A stretch of 35,032 bases of DNA, from assembly GCA_964590035.1 (NCBI GenBank), contig CAZPXK010000002.1, positions 11,979 through 47,010 on the forward strand, in the 5' to 3' direction. Position 1 is the first letter of the stretch. The number at the start of each line of letters is the position of its first letter. Below, one piece after another: positions 34,304 through 35,032 of the stretch. A program made the position numbers and the translations under genes. The DNA is from an uncultured Bdellovibrionales bacterium (lineage in GTDB: Bacteria > Patescibacteriota > Minisyncoccia > Moranbacterales > UBA1568). The notes beneath the pieces were generated by a model that was not told where the DNA came from, did no database searches, and was given only the letters and a program-made list of their open reading frames with translations.

Positions 34304-35032
34304 ATATAAAGAAAAAATGTGCTGCCACTTATGATAATATCATTTCTCTCGATAATTTGCTTATCGCTTGGAAAGAGTTCTTGAAAGGAAAACAGAAGAA
34401 AAAAGATGTACAGGAGTTTGAATTGCGCCTTATGGATAATATCCTCGCACTGCACCAAAACCTCGTAACTAAAACCTACCGCCATTCAAGCTACGAGGCT
34501 TTCAATATTTCCGACCCCAAACCTCGAAACATCCATAAAGCCCGAGTGAGAGACCGAGTCGTTCATCGTGCCATATACCGCATTCTCTATCCTTTCTTCG
34601 ACCGGCTATTCATTGCTGACTCATATTCCTGTCGAAATGACAAAGGAATCCACAAAGCTCTTGACCGTTTCCGAAGCTTCGCTCGCAAAGCTTCCCACAA
34701 CCATACACGGACTGTTTGGGCACTCAAATGCGATGTGAGGAAGTTCTTTGCTTCTATTGACCAGAGCATCCTCCTTGGTATTCTCGAAAAGCATATTCTT
34801 GACCAAGATATTCTCAAGCTTCTTTCAGCAATCATTGGGAGCTTCCATACAGAGGAGGGGAAAGGCTTACCGCTTGGCAATCTCACATCCCAGCTTTTGG
34901 TGAACGTCTATATGAACGAGTTCGACCAGTTTATGAAACATCAAGCAAAGGCGAAATACTATATTCGTTACGCTGATGACTTTGTAATTTTCTCGGATAA
35001 TAAGGAGCAACTGAAAACAACTCTCTTGCAGA
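34231..35032 (+). CDS. DGR reverse transcriptase, C-terminus beyond the window edge; start uncertain
   Basis: Absent from the ORF track because it is open at 35032. Translation: ...YDNIISLDNLLIAWKEFLKGKQKKKDVQEF...PRNIHKARVRDRVVHRAIYRIL...SYSCRNDKGIHKAL...ALKCDVRKFFASIDQSIL...GLPLGNLTSQLLVNVYMNEFD...YIRYADDFVIF. The LGNLTSQ motif (rather than the QGxxxSP of group II introns) and YADD are DGR-RT hallmarks. The only in-frame ATG upstream is at 34231, which overlaps avd by 73 nt. Confidence 0.9.
   Translation, partial: MCILPSVFAKEVRASGGGCSKKSSYIKKKCAATYDNIISLDNLLIAWKEFLKGKQKKKDVQEFELRLMDNILALHQNLVTKTYRHSSYEAFNISDPKPRNIHKARVRDRVVHRAIYRILYPFFDRLFIADSYSCRNDKGIHKALDRFRSFARKASHNHTRTVWALKCDVRKFFASIDQSILLGILEKHILDQDILKLLSAIIGSFHTEEGKGLPLGNLTSQLLVNVYMNEFDQFMKHQAKAKYYIRYADDFVIFSDNKEQLKTTLLQ
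34275..34284. repeat. G10 homopolymer (C10 on the avd strand)
   Basis: Ten consecutive G at 34275-34284. They encode Pro-Pro-Pro (codons 8-10) of avd on the minus strand and Gly-Gly-Gly of the extended RT frame on the plus strand. Confidence 0.9.

Larger units (their letters stand above)
20642..35032. mobile_element. integrated mobile genetic element inserted at tRNA-Ala (right end not reached within the window)
   Basis: Directly abuts a tRNA. It carries two recombinases, an excisionase-type HTH, type III RM, an FtsK-like ATPase and a DGR. Composition becomes patchy (sampled 60-nt lines give 30% GC at 24781-24840, 40% at 31681-31740 and 53-68% in the DGR target), unlike the housekeeping genes to the left. 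Confidence 0.7.
32619..35032 (+). mobile_element. diversity-generating retroelement (DGR) cassette: target gene/VR - TR - avd (antisense) - RT (3' truncated by the window)
   Basis: A VR/TR pair with adenine-only mismatches, plus an Avd-like four-helix-bundle ORF, plus an RT with the DGR-type LGNLTSQ and YADD motifs. See the individual features. Confidence 0.9.

Noticed and set aside
1-35032. Alternative genetic code (UGA recoding, as in some candidate phyla)
   Set aside because: Long conserved genes (secA, murC, res and others) are uninterrupted under the standard code. TGA also appears to serve as a genuine stop (5644..6075, 11734..12102, avd).
20716-35032. A direct repeat of the tRNA-Ala 3' end that would mark the right boundary (attR) of the element
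   Set aside because: I found no second copy of GGTTCGATTCCGCCCAGGTCCACCA, or a substantial part of it, by visual scanning. Either the boundary is beyond the window or integration was by the serine recombinase, which needs no long identity. A computational search is needed.
1-35032. CRISPR arrays, rRNA genes, tmRNA, RNase P RNA and SRP RNA
   Set aside because: I saw no regularly spaced direct repeats and no recognisable conserved cores of these RNAs on either strand. The only RNA gene I can support is tRNA-Ala.

Overview
The window has two parts. Positions 1-20640 look like ordinary chromosome from a small-genome bacterium using the standard genetic code. Gene content (DUF4012, many small orphan ORFs) hints at a CPR/Patescibacteria-like organism, but that is a weak inference. 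This part carries a truncated ADP-forming acetyl-CoA synthetase, an envelope-glycan cluster (beta-helix protein, GT4 glycosyltransferase, Wzz-like membrane protein, DUF4012), and trmD fused to a partial dcw cluster (ftsW-murG-murC-murB). It also carries a GC-rich Cys-rich lipoprotein, a Cys-rich repeat surface protein, hpf-secA, and two NUDIX genes with an HD hydrolase.

At 20642-20715 there is a tRNA-Ala(CGC). From there to the window end, composition and gene content change to an integrated mobile element of at least 14.4 kb. It encodes a large serine recombinase whose ORF runs antisense through the tRNA, a tyrosine integrase, and small HTH/DUF5659 proteins. It also encodes an AT-rich orphan gene, an excisionase-type HTH, a type III restriction-modification pair (mod/res), a NucS-like/DUF5655 protein and an FtsK-like ATPase.

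The most notable item is a complete diversity-generating retroelement (DGR) at the right end of this element. A 124-bp variable repeat (33291-33414) ends a small GC-rich target gene with no signal peptide. It matches a template repeat (33771-33894) except at 19 positions, and every one of those is an adenine in the template. An Avd-type four-helix-bundle gene lies on the opposite strand. A DGR-type reverse transcriptase is cut by the window edge. The cassette architecture is atypical: avd is antisense, converging on the TR and overlapping the RT start, with a G10 tract in that overlap. Its apparently intracellular target sits next to restriction-modification genes on a mobile element. These are the features most worth follow-up.
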